From Minisyncoccota bacterium (GTDB taxonomy: Bacteria > Patescibacteriota > Minisyncoccia > Phycocordibacterales > Zambryskibacteraceae), in assembly GCA_036517475.1 (NCBI GenBank), contig DATDVZ010000010.1, positions 15,338 to 79,337 on the forward strand: 64,000 nucleotides of DNA, in the 5' to 3' direction. Shown here in pieces: positions 36,947-47,169 of the stretch. Positions within the stretch are counted from its first letter, which is position 1, and each line of letters begins with the position of its first letter. The translations under genes and the position numbers were made by a program. The notes under the pieces are model-generated. The model did not search any database. It worked only from the letters and a program-made list of their open reading frames with translations, and had not been told where the DNA came from.

Positions 36947-38422
36947 ATGCTAAATGATTTGTTAAAAGATTTGCTTATTGTCTCTGGATTAGCCTTTCTT
37001 CTAGGAATAGCAACCTCTTCTTTTATTAACTTGGGTTTAGTGTTTGCCTTATTCATTTTATTTTTGGGAGTAATAATCACTGCCTATACATTGATCTTTG
37101 TTGAATCTGAAAGCAGAAATATTTTTAAGATAGTCGCTCTAGCACTAATATTTTTCTCACTAGGGCTAGCCAGATATGATTTAAAAGAGAGATACAACCC
37201 AGATCCAAAATTAATTTCAGCTATAAACTCTAAAACTGAAATTATTGGTGTAGTTGTAGAAGAGCCAAAATATAAAAATACATATCGTGAATACATAATT
37301 AAAACAGAGGCTGGAGATAAAATTTTAGTTAGAGCGGAAGTATATCCAGAATATAGATACGGCGATAGGATCAAATTCAGAGGCAAACTTGAAAAGCCTA
37401 AAAATTTTGAAGATGAGCGAGGAAAAACCTTTGATTATAGCTCTTTCCTAGCTAAAGAAGATATTTACTTTATTCTCTCATTTGCTAAAGGAGAGTTTAT
37501 TGAGAATGACCAGGGTTCTAAGTTAAAATCCACTCTTCTTACTTTTAAAAGTCAGTTGAAGGAAAGTTATGAAGCAAGAGTGGGTGAACCCGCTTCATCT
37601 TTACTTGGTGGAATTCTTCTTGGTTTTGACGAAATTGGCAAAGAATGGGAGGAAATTTTTCGTCAGATCGGAATAATTCATATTATAGTGCTCTCAGGTT
37701 ACAACATTACTATTATTGCAGATTCAATCTATTGGCTCTTATCCCGTATTAAGTACTTATCAAAAAAATGGATACTTTCCACAGAGTTAATCGGAATAAT
37801 TTTATTTGTAATTATGGTAGGAGGGACTCCTTCAATTATACGCGCCGCCCTAATGGCGCTTCTGGTTCTGCTCGCTCGCTATACAGGCAGAACTTTTCTA
37901 GCTGGCAGGGCGCTTCTGGCGGCTGCTTCCTTTATGGTTTTGTGGAACCCTAAAGTTTTAGTTTTTGATACGGGATTCCAGCTTTCATTTCTTGCTACAG
38001 CCGGATTAATCTGGGTGACACCTCTCTTAAAAAACAAACTAAACTGGATCACTGAAAAATTTGCCTTGCGCAATATTGTTACTGATACAATCTCAACGCA
38101 AATTCTGGTTTTACCACTTCTTCTTTATAAAACTGGATTATTTTCAGTAGTATCCATTCCGGCAAATATTCTTGTTCTTCCAGCAGTTCCCTTTGCCATG
38201 TTTTTTGGATTTTTAACAGGTATAATGGGCCTAATATCTTCAATCGCTGCGGTTCCTTTTGCATTTATTTCACAAATTTTGCTTGACTACATATTGAAAA
38301 TCTCAGAGTTGTCCGCCTCTTTGCCTTTATCTTCAGTTTCAGTGGCAGAGTTTCCGTTGATTTTTACACTTTTTATTTATTTAGCTTACTGCTTATTTTA
38401 TTTAAAAATACGGACAAAATGA
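36947..38422 (+). CDS. comEC: ComEC/Rec2-family competence channel protein (no beta-lactamase domain)
   Basis: 491 aa polytopic; GIIHIIVLSGYNITII competence motif. Confidence 0.7.
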   Translation: MLNDLLKDLLIVSGLAFLLGIATSSFINLGLVFALFILFLGVIITAYTLIFVESESRNIFKIVALALIFFSLGLARYDLKERYNPDPKLISAINSKTEIIGVVVEEPKYKNTYREYIIKTEAGDKILVRAEVYPEYRYGDRIKFRGKLEKPKNFEDERGKTFDYSSFLAKEDIYFILSFAKGEFIENDQGSKLKSTLLTFKSQLKESYEARVGEPASSLLGGILLGFDEIGKEWEEIFRQIGIIHIIVLSGYNITIIADSIYWLLSRIKYLSKKWILSTELIGIILFVIMVGGTPSIIRAALMALLVLLARYTGRTFLAGRALLAAASFMVLWNPKVLVFDTGFQLSFLATAGLIWVTPLLKNKLNWITEKFALRNIVTDTISTQILVLPLLLYKTGLFSVVSIPANILVLPAVPFAMFFGFLTGIMGLISSIAAVPFAFISQILLDYILKISELSASLPLSSVSVAEFPLIFTLFIYLAYCLFYLKIRTK

Positions 38423-39213
38423 TCTTCCATAAGAAAAAGTCATTAGGCCAAAATTTCCTTATAAATAAAGGGATTCTGGAGATAATTGCCAAAGAAGCAG
38501 AAATAAAAAAGGGGGAGATTGTAGTTGAAGTGGGCCCAGGTAGTGGGTATCTAACTCAAAGTCTTCTTGAGGCAGGAGCAGTAGTATTTGCGATAGAAAA
38601 AGATAACCGCCTGATACAAATTTTAAATGAAAAATTTACCAAAAAAATAAAAAATAAAAGATTAATTTTGATTAATGATGATATTCTAAAATTTAATTTT
38701 GCAAAATTAGTCAGAAGTAAAAAGTATAAAATTGTTGCAAATATTCCTTATTATATAACTGGTGCCTTGTTCAAAAAAATCTTTTCTCAAAAAAATCTAC
38801 CGAGTCTGGTTGTTCTTACGCTCCAGAAAGAGGTTGCAAAAAGAATAATTGTAATGGATGGTAAAGAAAGCATTTTATCAATTTCAGTTAAAGCATATGG
38901 CAAGCCAAAAATTGTAAAAATTGTCTCACGGGGAAGTTTTTCACCTGTGCCGAGTGTTGATTCTGCGATATTAAAAATTACCGATATCTCAAAAAACTTT
39001 TTTAAGGAATTTCCAGAGGAGAAATTTTTTAGTATTTTACATGCTGGATTTTCTTCAAAAAGAAAATTTTTAATTAGTAATCTTCAAAAAATTGAAAGTA
39101 AAGAGAAATTAGAAAAAATCTTTAACAGACTAAATATAAACAAAAAAATCCGCGCAGAAGATCTGGATTTAAATGAATGGAAAAAATTAACCACCATGCT
39201 TCATGATCTATGA
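38419..39213 (+). CDS. rsmA: 16S rRNA A1518/A1519 dimethyltransferase
   Basis: KSLGQNFLINKGIL, VVEVGPGSGYLT SAM motif. Confidence 0.9.
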   Translation: MIFHKKKSLGQNFLINKGILEIIAKEAEIKKGEIVVEVGPGSGYLTQSLLEAGAVVFAIEKDNRLIQILNEKFTKKIKNKRLILINDDILKFNFAKLVRSKKYKIVANIPYYITGALFKKIFSQKNLPSLVVLTLQKEVAKRIIVMDGKESILSISVKAYGKPKIVKIVSRGSFSPVPSVDSAILKITDISKNFFKEFPEEKFFSILHAGFSSKRKFLISNLQKIESKEKLEKIFNRLNINKKIRAEDLDLNEWKKLTTMLHDL

Positions 39214-39251
39214 TCTATGTTCTATGTTCTATGTTCTATGTTCTATGGTAA
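39196..39251. repeat. heptamer tandem array (atgcttc atgatct x2 atgttct x4 atggtaa) between convergent rsmA and the 39243 gene
   Basis: 8 units; overlaps the TGA of rsmA and the TAG of the minus-strand gene. Confidence 0.85.
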
Positions 39252-39662
39252 CGCTCCCGGCGCGCTTGTGCCCACTCTGGCAATTTGGCCAAATGAAGGA
39301 AGCGGGACACAAAAAGGAGGAAAACCAATCCAACATGATTGTACTGCCGGTACATAGTCACCCAGATGTGCTGTGGTTGGAATTCCAATAAAAAAATTGG
39401 CAAATAGAGTACTGATGCCAAGATTAAATGTCAGGGCTCCCGCAAAAGGAAAGGGTACCGGGGCGGGGTAAAGTGGGGCCATAAATATCCATAATCCAGG
39501 GGGTGGACAGGTACATGGAATAAAAAACTGAACAAACCCCCCAAAAGGGATACCTGTCGCAATATTTGATCCAGCCTGCCCAAAAGCCGAAAATGGAATC
39601 ACAAATATAAATATGATCAAAAATATTATTATTTTTTTTCTTGTAGATTGTTCCTTGTTCAT
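39243..39662 (-). CDS. hypothetical hydrophobic Pro/Phe-rich protein
   Basis: 139 aa, signal-like N-term. Confidence 0.3.
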   Translation of the reverse strand: MNKEQSTRKKIIIFLIIFIFVIPFSAFGQAGSNIATGIPFGGFVQFFIPCTCPPPGLWIFMAPLYPAPVPFPFAGALTFNLGISTLFANFFIGIPTTAHLGDYVPAVQSCWIGFPPFCVPLPSFGQIARVGTSAPGALP

Positions 39663-39672
39663 TGCTCCTTGT

Positions 39673-40701
39673 CTAATTAATTCTTAGTATAACCTTTTGG
39701 GGGTTAAGCGTCACACCGTGGGAGTTTTTTACAAAGAAATACAAATCAATTGACTGGCCCTGAAGATATTTAAATGCTTTTGCAAAATCACTTGCCTTTG
39801 GAAAATCCGAGAGATGAATTTTTATTTCACCCCCATTTGATACAACCCCTCCTAGATTTCCCAGAGACGACCAAACTTCATTTGAAGATTCAAAGTTGTC
39901 CCCTCTTAAAATTATTACATCCCCCAAACTTGAAACAGAGATAACTGAAGTTGAATTAAATGTCGGCGGATTCGTGGGATCTGGGGTCACTGTAAAAAAT
40001 TTCTCTTTAATCTGGTTTCTGCTGTTTCCTCTTTCATTCTCAATCCAGATATTATATTTACCAAGTTCGACGCTTGAAGGAACAATGAATTTCAAATTTT
40101 TACCCTCGCTGCTTTCCAAATTCTCCACAATTTTTTTATCGTCAAAATAAATTGAATTATTTTTTGTAAAATACCAACCTGTTATCTCAACAGTATCTCC
40201 CGGAGCTGCTTCAATTTTTGAAAAATTCAAAACCTGCGGTGGCTGTAAAAATAATTTATTAGTCAGAGGTTGTAAATCTGAATTCTGAAACTTTTGGTTT
40301 TGGTTTTCTGGTAACTGTGTGTTTGTTGTTTGTTGTTTGTTGTTAGTTGTTAGTTCATTTAGCTTTTTTCTCGTTAGTGGCCCCACATAACCAGTGCCTA
40401 CAAAACTTGTGTCATTTCCCACAATTTCTTCCCTGTAAAGATTTTGAAAACGTATCACAGCATCAAGTGTAAGTTTGCCGAAATATGTCGTTTCATTACC
40501 AAATGAGCCGTAGCCATTGTTAGAAACGATAGTCTTTGAATAACTGTTTAATATTTTCTGTAATTGCTTAACGTCTTCGACGTTATCTCCAATTCTTAAA
40601 TTACGGCTAAAAATAAAGTTCTGTTGGGCTTTGGAATCAGGAATCACGAATGAAGAATAAAGAATAAAAATTAAAGTAACCAGTAAAAATCTTCTAAGCA
40701 T
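39673..40701 (-). CDS. secreted protein with N-terminal peptidoglycan-binding-like domain and IPT/TIG-like repeats
   Basis: 342 aa; LRIGDNVEDVKQLQKILNS...GKLTLDAVIRFQ. Contains the TTNNKQQTTNTQ low-complexity stretch. Confidence 0.45.
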   Translation of the reverse strand: MLRRFLLVTLIFILYSSFVIPDSKAQQNFIFSRNLRIGDNVEDVKQLQKILNSYSKTIVSNNGYGSFGNETTYFGKLTLDAVIRFQNLYREEIVGNDTSFVGTGYVGPLTRKKLNELTTNNKQQTTNTQLPENQNQKFQNSDLQPLTNKLFLQPPQVLNFSKIEAAPGDTVEITGWYFTKNNSIYFDDKKIVENLESSEGKNLKFIVPSSVELGKYNIWIENERGNSRNQIKEKFFTVTPDPTNPPTFNSTSVISVSSLGDVIILRGDNFESSNEVWSSLGNLGGVVSNGGEIKIHLSDFPKASDFAKAFKYLQGQSIDLYFFVKNSHGVTLNPQKVILRIN

Positions 40702-40815
40702 GGGGAAATTATAACAAAATATGGCTAAATACGTGTTAAAATTTAATTAAATCTAGTGTAAATTATTGTAGTCATTCATAGATTCGTATCTATTCGTAGA
40801 TTTGTATATTTTTTA

Positions 40816-41769
40816 ATGAAGCTCCCAAGCAAAAAAATTATCGCCCTGATTATTGTCTGCGTTTCAGCTGTGGTTTTCGCATTTTCTTATCAAAAATACA
40901 GCAATAGAACTGTGGCAGGAAGCATAAAACAAGCTGATTTGGTTCAGGTAGCCGGTGAAAAGGACTCTGATACAGACGGTGTTTCAGACTGGCAGGAAGT
41001 TTTATGGGGTCTTGACCCCCAAAACGCCGTCAGTAATACCGACAAAATTCCCGATAGCGAATATTTAAATAAAAAGAAAGAGGAATTGGCCAAAAACCCC
41101 AGTCAAATAAAAAACCAATTTGACACAACAGGTAGTAATGCGGGCACGACTTCAAATTTGAGCCCGACTGAAAAACTTGCCATAGAAACATTCAGTGAGT
41201 ATACATCTTTAAAACAATCAGGTGTTTTAACCACACCAAACATTAATATTACTACTGAAGGTATTGCTAATAATAACTCCTATACATTTGAGAACTCTTA
41301 TAAAATCAGTGATATTAAAACTATACCTGACTCTGATCTGGGTGGTGTAAAACTATATGGCAATGAGTTTGCCGCCCTGCGTTCAAAATACGTAAACCAA
41401 TATCAAAAAAACCCTCTGACCTCGGATATTTTCAATCAGGACAATGTTTCGGGTAATAATTTTCAAAACAAAATAAACTCCATATCAAATATATATCTTT
41501 CTCTTTCAAACGAACTCTCAATACTAAAAGTTCCTTCTTCTCTGGCACAAACTCATCTAAAACTAATAAATAACTACGCAAAAAGCGCCTCTGCATTCAA
41601 GATATTGAGTAATCTTTCAGAAGATCCGCTTTCTGCAGCCTATGCCCTCAATGAACACTCCATTGCCGAAAGTGAGGAACCCCAATTACTAAGCCAGATA
41701 AGGCTCTTTTTCCAAAGTAATGGTATAATTTTTTTATCCGATGAGACTGGGATTTTTTGGTCACAATGA
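40816..41769 (+). CDS. secreted hypothetical protein (first gene of the T4SS-like cluster)
   Basis: 317 aa, N-terminal TM, DSDTDGVSDW calcium-binding-like motif. Confidence 0.35.
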   Translation: MKLPSKKIIALIIVCVSAVVFAFSYQKYSNRTVAGSIKQADLVQVAGEKDSDTDGVSDWQEVLWGLDPQNAVSNTDKIPDSEYLNKKKEELAKNPSQIKNQFDTTGSNAGTTSNLSPTEKLAIETFSEYTSLKQSGVLTTPNINITTEGIANNNSYTFENSYKISDIKTIPDSDLGGVKLYGNEFAALRSKYVNQYQKNPLTSDIFNQDNVSGNNFQNKINSISNIYLSLSNELSILKVPSSLAQTHLKLINNYAKSASAFKILSNLSEDPLSAAYALNEHSIAESEEPQLLSQIRLFFQSNGIIFLSDETGIFWSQ

Positions 41770-43400
41770 AATTTTTTAAAAAAACTCTTTGCTTGATTCT
41801 TGTAGTAAGTATTATACTTCCCTCTCTTTTATTTTCTCCAAAGAAAGTTTCAGCTTTTACACTTCCCCCCGGCTTAGTTCCCATTCCGGCAGATAAACTT
41901 CCGCCAGTACCAACATCTGATGCTAGTATAAGACAAAAAGAGGTCGGGATTACGATTTTTGGCATTACAATACCGGGAATTACCCTTGATTCCTTTATGA
42001 TAATTTTTGCAAAAATTCTCCTTTCAAGAATGGCTGATGCTACTGTGGATTGGATAAACCGCGGTTTTGACGGCTCACCAGTATATGCCACAGACCCGCA
42101 GGCATTTTTTCTTCAAACCGCAGACAATGTTGCTGGAGAATTTCTAAACAGTGCCGGCTGGGGAGCCCTATGCTCACCCTTCAGGCTTGAGGTCAATACG
42201 GCTCTGCGAAATATTTACTCATCTTCAAGAATCACTTCTCGCACGCCTTTCCAAGCCAGATGCCCGCTATCGCAAGTAGTAAATAATATTGATGCATTTC
42301 TTAATGGTGATTTCAGTCAAGGGGGGTGGGATGCCTGGTTTGCTATGACACAAAATGCTTATGGAAATCCTTTTGATGCAACTCTTAATGCTCAGGCCCA
42401 ACTTTCACTGAGGATAAACAACGAGAAAACAATTGAACTTGCGAAACTAAACTGGGCCGGGGGATTTCTTTCGTGGTCGGATTGTATTGAAAGGGAAGGT
42501 AATGACGATTCGGGCGGTCCTGATGGGGACCCAGCTACCTCTGACGGTGAATGTACAAAACGCGGACCGACAAAGACTCCCGGAAAAGTTATAGAAACCC
42601 AGCTTGAAAATGTTCTGGGTTCTGAGGTTAAACAACTGGAACTTGCTGATGAATTTGATGAGATGGTAAGCGCCCTTGTGGGACAACTGGTTAAAAAAAT
42701 ATTCACTTCCGCAGGCGGTCTTTTCTCCGGCGGAGGATCAAATCGCTACTCTGATGGAGGCAGACAGCAAGATACTGGGGGCAGTTGTTCTGCAAACAGA
42801 GATACTGCCGTAATTGGCGATGAAATAACTTGGACTGTTTCTGTTTTTGGAACGGATCCGGAAAATTCAACAATTCAATGGAGTGGTGATGAAGGATTAT
42901 CTGGCAACACAAATCAGGTTAAGAAAGTTTACACAATACCGGGAGTAAAATCCGCAAGTGTTGTCATAACTGATCCGGCCGGTAGAACTTCAACTGTTAC
43001 TTGCACTGATACAGTTGAAGTTTCCAGATACCCCGCTCTTGCCGGATCATGCAGGCCAAACAGATACTCTGCTGGTGCATTTATTATAACTTCTAGCGGA
43101 GATCCGGTAACTTGGTATGGCACATTTACCGGCGGCTCCGGAGTTTTGGATCAGGCAATCTTTAGTGATCAGTTTGAGGGGGATTCGGAGGGCGCCGCAA
43201 TCGTTCCTCCATCATCTCCGCCCCCAGGAATAACTTTCAATCCTCCAGTAGGGGGGGGTGTCAGAGGCGTTTACGCAACATTTCAATACAATAGAATTGG
43301 CGATCACAATGTAACACTGCGATTAATTGATACAGATCCGACGGTACGACCAGCCACAATTCAATGCACTGATTCCGTAACAGTCTTCCTCAAACCATGA
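41757..43400 (+). CDS. secreted protein with C-terminal PKD-like domain
   Basis: 547 aa, signal peptide, Cys-containing globular region, PKD-like GDEITWTVSVFGTDPENSTIQWSGDEG. Confidence 0.4.
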   Translation: MVTMKFFKKTLCLILVVSIILPSLLFSPKKVSAFTLPPGLVPIPADKLPPVPTSDASIRQKEVGITIFGITIPGITLDSFMIIFAKILLSRMADATVDWINRGFDGSPVYATDPQAFFLQTADNVAGEFLNSAGWGALCSPFRLEVNTALRNIYSSSRITSRTPFQARCPLSQVVNNIDAFLNGDFSQGGWDAWFAMTQNAYGNPFDATLNAQAQLSLRINNEKTIELAKLNWAGGFLSWSDCIEREGNDDSGGPDGDPATSDGECTKRGPTKTPGKVIETQLENVLGSEVKQLELADEFDEMVSALVGQLVKKIFTSAGGLFSGGGSNRYSDGGRQQDTGGSCSANRDTAVIGDEITWTVSVFGTDPENSTIQWSGDEGLSGNTNQVKKVYTIPGVKSASVVITDPAGRTSTVTCTDTVEVSRYPALAGSCRPNRYSAGAFIITSSGDPVTWYGTFTGGSGVLDQAIFSDQFEGDSEGAAIVPPSSPPPGITFNPPVGGGVRGVYATFQYNRIGDHNVTLRLIDTDPTVRPATIQCTDSVTVFLKP

Positions 43401-45583
43401 TTAGTTATTTTATTAAAAATGAAAAAATAGTCCGCTTAATAACAATAGGATTATTGGTTAGCGTTTCATTTATCGCTCCAATTCAAACTTATGCTGCCTG
43501 GTGGTTTATTCCAGCAGCAGTTGGAGGAGTGTTTGCAGCATTGGGTATTGCGAAGGGCACAATTGGTGAAGCGGTTGATTATGTGACTAGATTCGTTGGA
43601 AATTTGATTTTGGGAATAATGGGCGTTTTGCTTGGTATAGCCGGTCTTCTTATAAATCAGGTAATAAATTTTACGGTAGTTGAACTCAAGGAAAATATCG
43701 ACAAAATTGGCGGAATTAATACGGTTTGGGGAGTAATAAGAGATTTAATAAATATTTCATTCATTTTTGTTCTTCTTTACGGTGCAATAAAAACAATTCT
43801 TGGAGTAGGTGATGTCAAAGTCAAAAATTTGATTATTGGAGTAGTGATTTCTGCGATACTCATTAACTTCAGCATGTTTTTTACCAAGTTAATGGTGGAC
43901 GCATCAAATATCGTTGCTTTGGTTTTTTACGAAAAGATAGCGCCCCAAAGTCAAACACTTACAGGCGGCATATCAGACACTTTTATGGATAGACTGGGGT
44001 TGGTTTCACTTTATGACCCTGAAGAAGGAGTGCTTGAAGAGGTTGGCAAGACTTTTCTTAGGACATTATTGAGTTCAATAATATTGGTTATTGCGGCATT
44101 CACTTTCTTTGCCGGAGCAATTATGTTTTTAATCCGGTTTGTAAATATCATCTTGCTTATAATGCTCTCCCCTGTCGCTTTTCTTATAGGAATAAACATC
44201 CCTGCCATCAACGAACAAGCAAAATGGTGGTGGGGAATAATGAATAAAGAGCTGTTATGGGCACCTGTTTATATGATTTTAATGTGGATGGTTCTTACAG
44301 TAATTGGAACGGCAAATTATTTCGGATCTGAAGACTCAGGACTTAGTCTGTTAGTCAACTTTGGAATAGTAATAATCTTACTTAATGCGGTGCTTATAAT
44401 TTCCAGAAAACTTGCCGGTCAGGGTGGAACTATTGGAGCACAAGTAGTTGGAAAATTTGTTGGTGGTGTGGGTGGTTGGGCGGGCAGACAAGCAATCGGT
44501 CGCCCAATGCATAAAATCGGCCAGAGTAAATGGTTCAATAAAGCTGCTAGTAAAATGCCTTTGGTAGGTGCTGCAGCAATACGTGGTGTAAAGCAAGTCG
44601 GAGAAAAATCCACTTTTGATGTTCGTGCTGGAAAGACTTTTGGTGACTTGGGAGCAGGTACGCCAAAAGGTGGTGGGTTCAGAGAAAGACAAATGGCTGA
44701 TGAAAAAGAAATAATGGGAGCTAAAGAAAGAGTAAGGATCGCCGAAGCCAAAGAAAGCATCAAAAAGGGCACCCGAGCTGCTGAAGACCCGGCTTATGCT
44801 GCTGCATTAGCTACAACCGTTGGGGCAAGAACACTACAACAACAAGCTCTGGTTGACGCAGTTGACCAGATGGAAATAGCTATTGGGAAAATGACTGGTA
44901 AGGAAATTGAAACTATTGTCTATGAGAATAAAAAATTACTACAAAGTGAGGCGTTTGCAAACAAAATCAGCGTTCAGCAGTTAGATACCCTTAACAAAAG
45001 CGAGAAATTATCAGAGGCTGAGAAAAATATTCTTAAAGACGCTCGTTTTGGTGAGATTGCTAGAGCAATCAGAACAGGTCCCTTGGCAACAGGTTCAAAT
45101 GAAGAAAAGAGACTTAAGGCTCTCACTGATACAGAACTTGAAATGTTGCCTGCAGACTTATGGCAAACTCACGGTGCAAATTTTGCTAATAATCTTAAGC
45201 GATCACAGATCGACGACATTATGAAAAGTAAAGCCATCACTAGCTCACAAAAGAAAGCAATTACAGACAGTAGAAAAGCCGCTCAACTTAATAACATTGC
45301 AGTGGGTGTCCCGGCTGGTCCAGGCGTGCCAATGTTCCTTGCTCCCGGTGAATACGTTAAAAAAATGGACATAAAGGATATCGCTGGTTTAGATTTCTTC
45401 ACAGCTGGTGTGCCGAACCCCGCGCTTGATCCTATATATCAATACATTACCCCACAAATGATTAGAAAGATTGGTAGAGAACTTGAACCACAAAAAGCAC
45501 TTGAACTAAAAACTCAAATTATGGCACATGGAGATCCAGCAACAATAACATGGCTTAATAATCATCCTGATGCGCTCGGCTAA
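43397..45583 (+). CDS. polytopic membrane protein, VirB6/TrbL-like topology
   Basis: 728 aa, at least 6 TM in the first 350 aa, long hydrophilic C-terminal domain. Confidence 0.35.
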   Translation: MISYFIKNEKIVRLITIGLLVSVSFIAPIQTYAAWWFIPAAVGGVFAALGIAKGTIGEAVDYVTRFVGNLILGIMGVLLGIAGLLINQVINFTVVELKENIDKIGGINTVWGVIRDLINISFIFVLLYGAIKTILGVGDVKVKNLIIGVVISAILINFSMFFTKLMVDASNIVALVFYEKIAPQSQTLTGGISDTFMDRLGLVSLYDPEEGVLEEVGKTFLRTLLSSIILVIAAFTFFAGAIMFLIRFVNIILLIMLSPVAFLIGINIPAINEQAKWWWGIMNKELLWAPVYMILMWMVLTVIGTANYFGSEDSGLSLLVNFGIVIILLNAVLIISRKLAGQGGTIGAQVVGKFVGGVGGWAGRQAIGRPMHKIGQSKWFNKAASKMPLVGAAAIRGVKQVGEKSTFDVRAGKTFGDLGAGTPKGGGFRERQMADEKEIMGAKERVRIAEAKESIKKGTRAAEDPAYAAALATTVGARTLQQQALVDAVDQMEIAIGKMTGKEIETIVYENKKLLQSEAFANKISVQQLDTLNKSEKLSEAEKNILKDARFGEIARAIRTGPLATGSNEEKRLKALTDTELEMLPADLWQTHGANFANNLKRSQIDDIMKSKAITSSQKKAITDSRKAAQLNNIAVGVPAGPGVPMFLAPGEYVKKMDIKDIAGLDFFTAGVPNPALDPIYQYITPQMIRKIGRELEPQKALELKTQIMAHGDPATITWLNNHPDALG

Positions 45584-45585
45584 AT

Positions 45586-46335
45586 ATGACTTTCACACAA
45601 CAACAAAAAAAAACTGCCTACATTTCGCTTAACCCAAGTGTTCAGTATTTTATAACTGACCCGGAAAGCAGAGAAATTTCAGAGAAAATTTCAAAACAAT
45701 ACTCACTTGATTTTGATCAGACAGATAATCTTGATGAGGAGATAGACAATACAATTTTAGGCCTCCAAAGTTTTAGAGAAATGATTATTAATCTTAGACA
45801 AAAACTTGGATTATCGGACGATAAAATAATTGAACTTGCTCGTGATCTTAAACAACAAATCTTTGACAAGTTGGATGAAATTAAAAAAGGAGAAATACAA
45901 TATCAAATTCCGGAAACTTTTATTTCGACACCCACACAGTTGAAAGCGAAAATTAACCCACCAACAACCTACAACTCACAACCAACAACTTATAAAGAAC
46001 CCAATCAAACAAATACTAAGCAAAATGCTTTGGAAAGGATGGATGGAGTTTTTAATAAGACAGCGCCGGCGCCGGGGAATTTACCGAGTCAACCAACAAC
46101 CGACAACAAACAACAAACAACAAACTTTCAAATTCCGAAAACTAAAGTAGTGGAGGAATATCATCAGGAATTAAAACCACCAACAACTAACAACCAACAA
46201 CTTACAACAAATAATAGACAACCTAATCAACCTATACAAAAATCACCCATGGAGAGGAAATTGGAGCAAAATCCAAATGTTATGAAAAGTTCATATGGTA
46301 ATAAACCAGATCCTTATCGCGAGTCACCACAATGA
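45586..46335 (+). CDS. Gln/Asn/Thr-rich low-complexity protein
   Basis: 249 aa; contains QLTTNNRQPNQP. Confidence 0.35.
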   Translation: MTFTQQQKKTAYISLNPSVQYFITDPESREISEKISKQYSLDFDQTDNLDEEIDNTILGLQSFREMIINLRQKLGLSDDKIIELARDLKQQIFDKLDEIKKGEIQYQIPETFISTPTQLKAKINPPTTYNSQPTTYKEPNQTNTKQNALERMDGVFNKTAPAPGNLPSQPTTDNKQQTTNFQIPKTKVVEEYHQELKPPTTNNQQLTTNNRQPNQPIQKSPMERKLEQNPNVMKSSYGNKPDPYRESPQ

Positions 46336-46745
46336 TATTCAAATTTCCGCAATATATTGATGTTGAAGACAAAATTTTCGGGCCGCTTACTATAAAGCAG
46401 TTCATTTATCTTCTAGGTGGGGCTGGAATTATCGTCACCATTTTCAGATTCTTGCCGGGTTTTATAGCCTTTTTTCTTGCTATACCAATAATTGCCCTGT
46501 CGCTTTCGCTTGCGTTTTGGAGAGTCAATAATCAACCTTTTATAAGTGTATTGGAATCCTTTATGAAATATGTCTTTGGGGAAAAGCTCTATATATGGAA
46601 AAAAGAAGCAAAAAAAATATCAAAAAAAGAACAAGAATCTATTAATCCACAGGTTTATATTCCAAAAGTTACTGATGGAAACCTTAAAAACTTGAAATGG
46701 AACATTGACGTTAAAAAATCACAGGACATAGAACCTGAGACATAG
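46332..46745 (+). CDS. small 2-TM protein, VirB3-like
   Basis: 137 aa; GPLTIKQFIYLLGGAGIIVTIFRFLPGFIAFFLAIPIIAL. Confidence 0.35.
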   Translation: MIFKFPQYIDVEDKIFGPLTIKQFIYLLGGAGIIVTIFRFLPGFIAFFLAIPIIALSLSLAFWRVNNQPFISVLESFMKYVFGEKLYIWKKEAKKISKKEQESINPQVYIPKVTDGNLKNLKWNIDVKKSQDIEPET

Positions 46746-46824
46746 AACATGGAACATGGGGCATGAGGCATGGAACATAAAACATGGAGCGTAAAACATT
46801 AAACATATAACAAGGAATATGGAA
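46727..46824. repeat. heptamer array, 14 units (catagaa cctgaga catagaa catggaa catgggg catgagg catggaa cataaaa catggag cgtaaaa cattaaa catataa caaggaa tATGgaa)
   Basis: begins inside the last codons of the 46332 gene (TAG in catagaa) and ends with the ATG of the 46819 gene. Confidence 0.85.
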
Positions 46825-47169
46825 AAAAGTTACAATGAGAGGTTGAAAAAATTAATAAATCAGTATGTCCATAAAGTTTATGATTACAGCGTTAACTTTC
46901 CAAAGAATGAAGTATTTGGACTAACTTCTCAACTCAAACGCTCTGCAATGTCTGTCGCATTGAACTATGTCGAGGGATACGCCAGAAGAAGAAAGCTTGT
47001 TTTTAAAAATTTTATTGAAATTTCCTACGGCTCATTGAAAGAAAGTGTTTATTTAGTTGAATTCTCGTATAATAGAAAGTACCTGAATATAAACCAATAT
47101 AAGGAACTAAACAATTTAGCAGAAGAAGTAGCTAAAATGCTTTGGGGAATTATGGATAAGTTAGACTAA
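46819..47169 (+). CDS. four-helix-bundle protein (23S rRNA intervening-sequence protein family)
   Basis: 116 aa; FPKNEVFGLTSQLKRSAMSVALNYVEGYARR...ISYGSLKES. Confidence 0.6.
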   Translation: MEKSYNERLKKLINQYVHKVYDYSVNFPKNEVFGLTSQLKRSAMSVALNYVEGYARRRKLVFKNFIEISYGSLKESVYLVEFSYNRKYLNINQYKELNNLAEEVAKMLWGIMDKLD

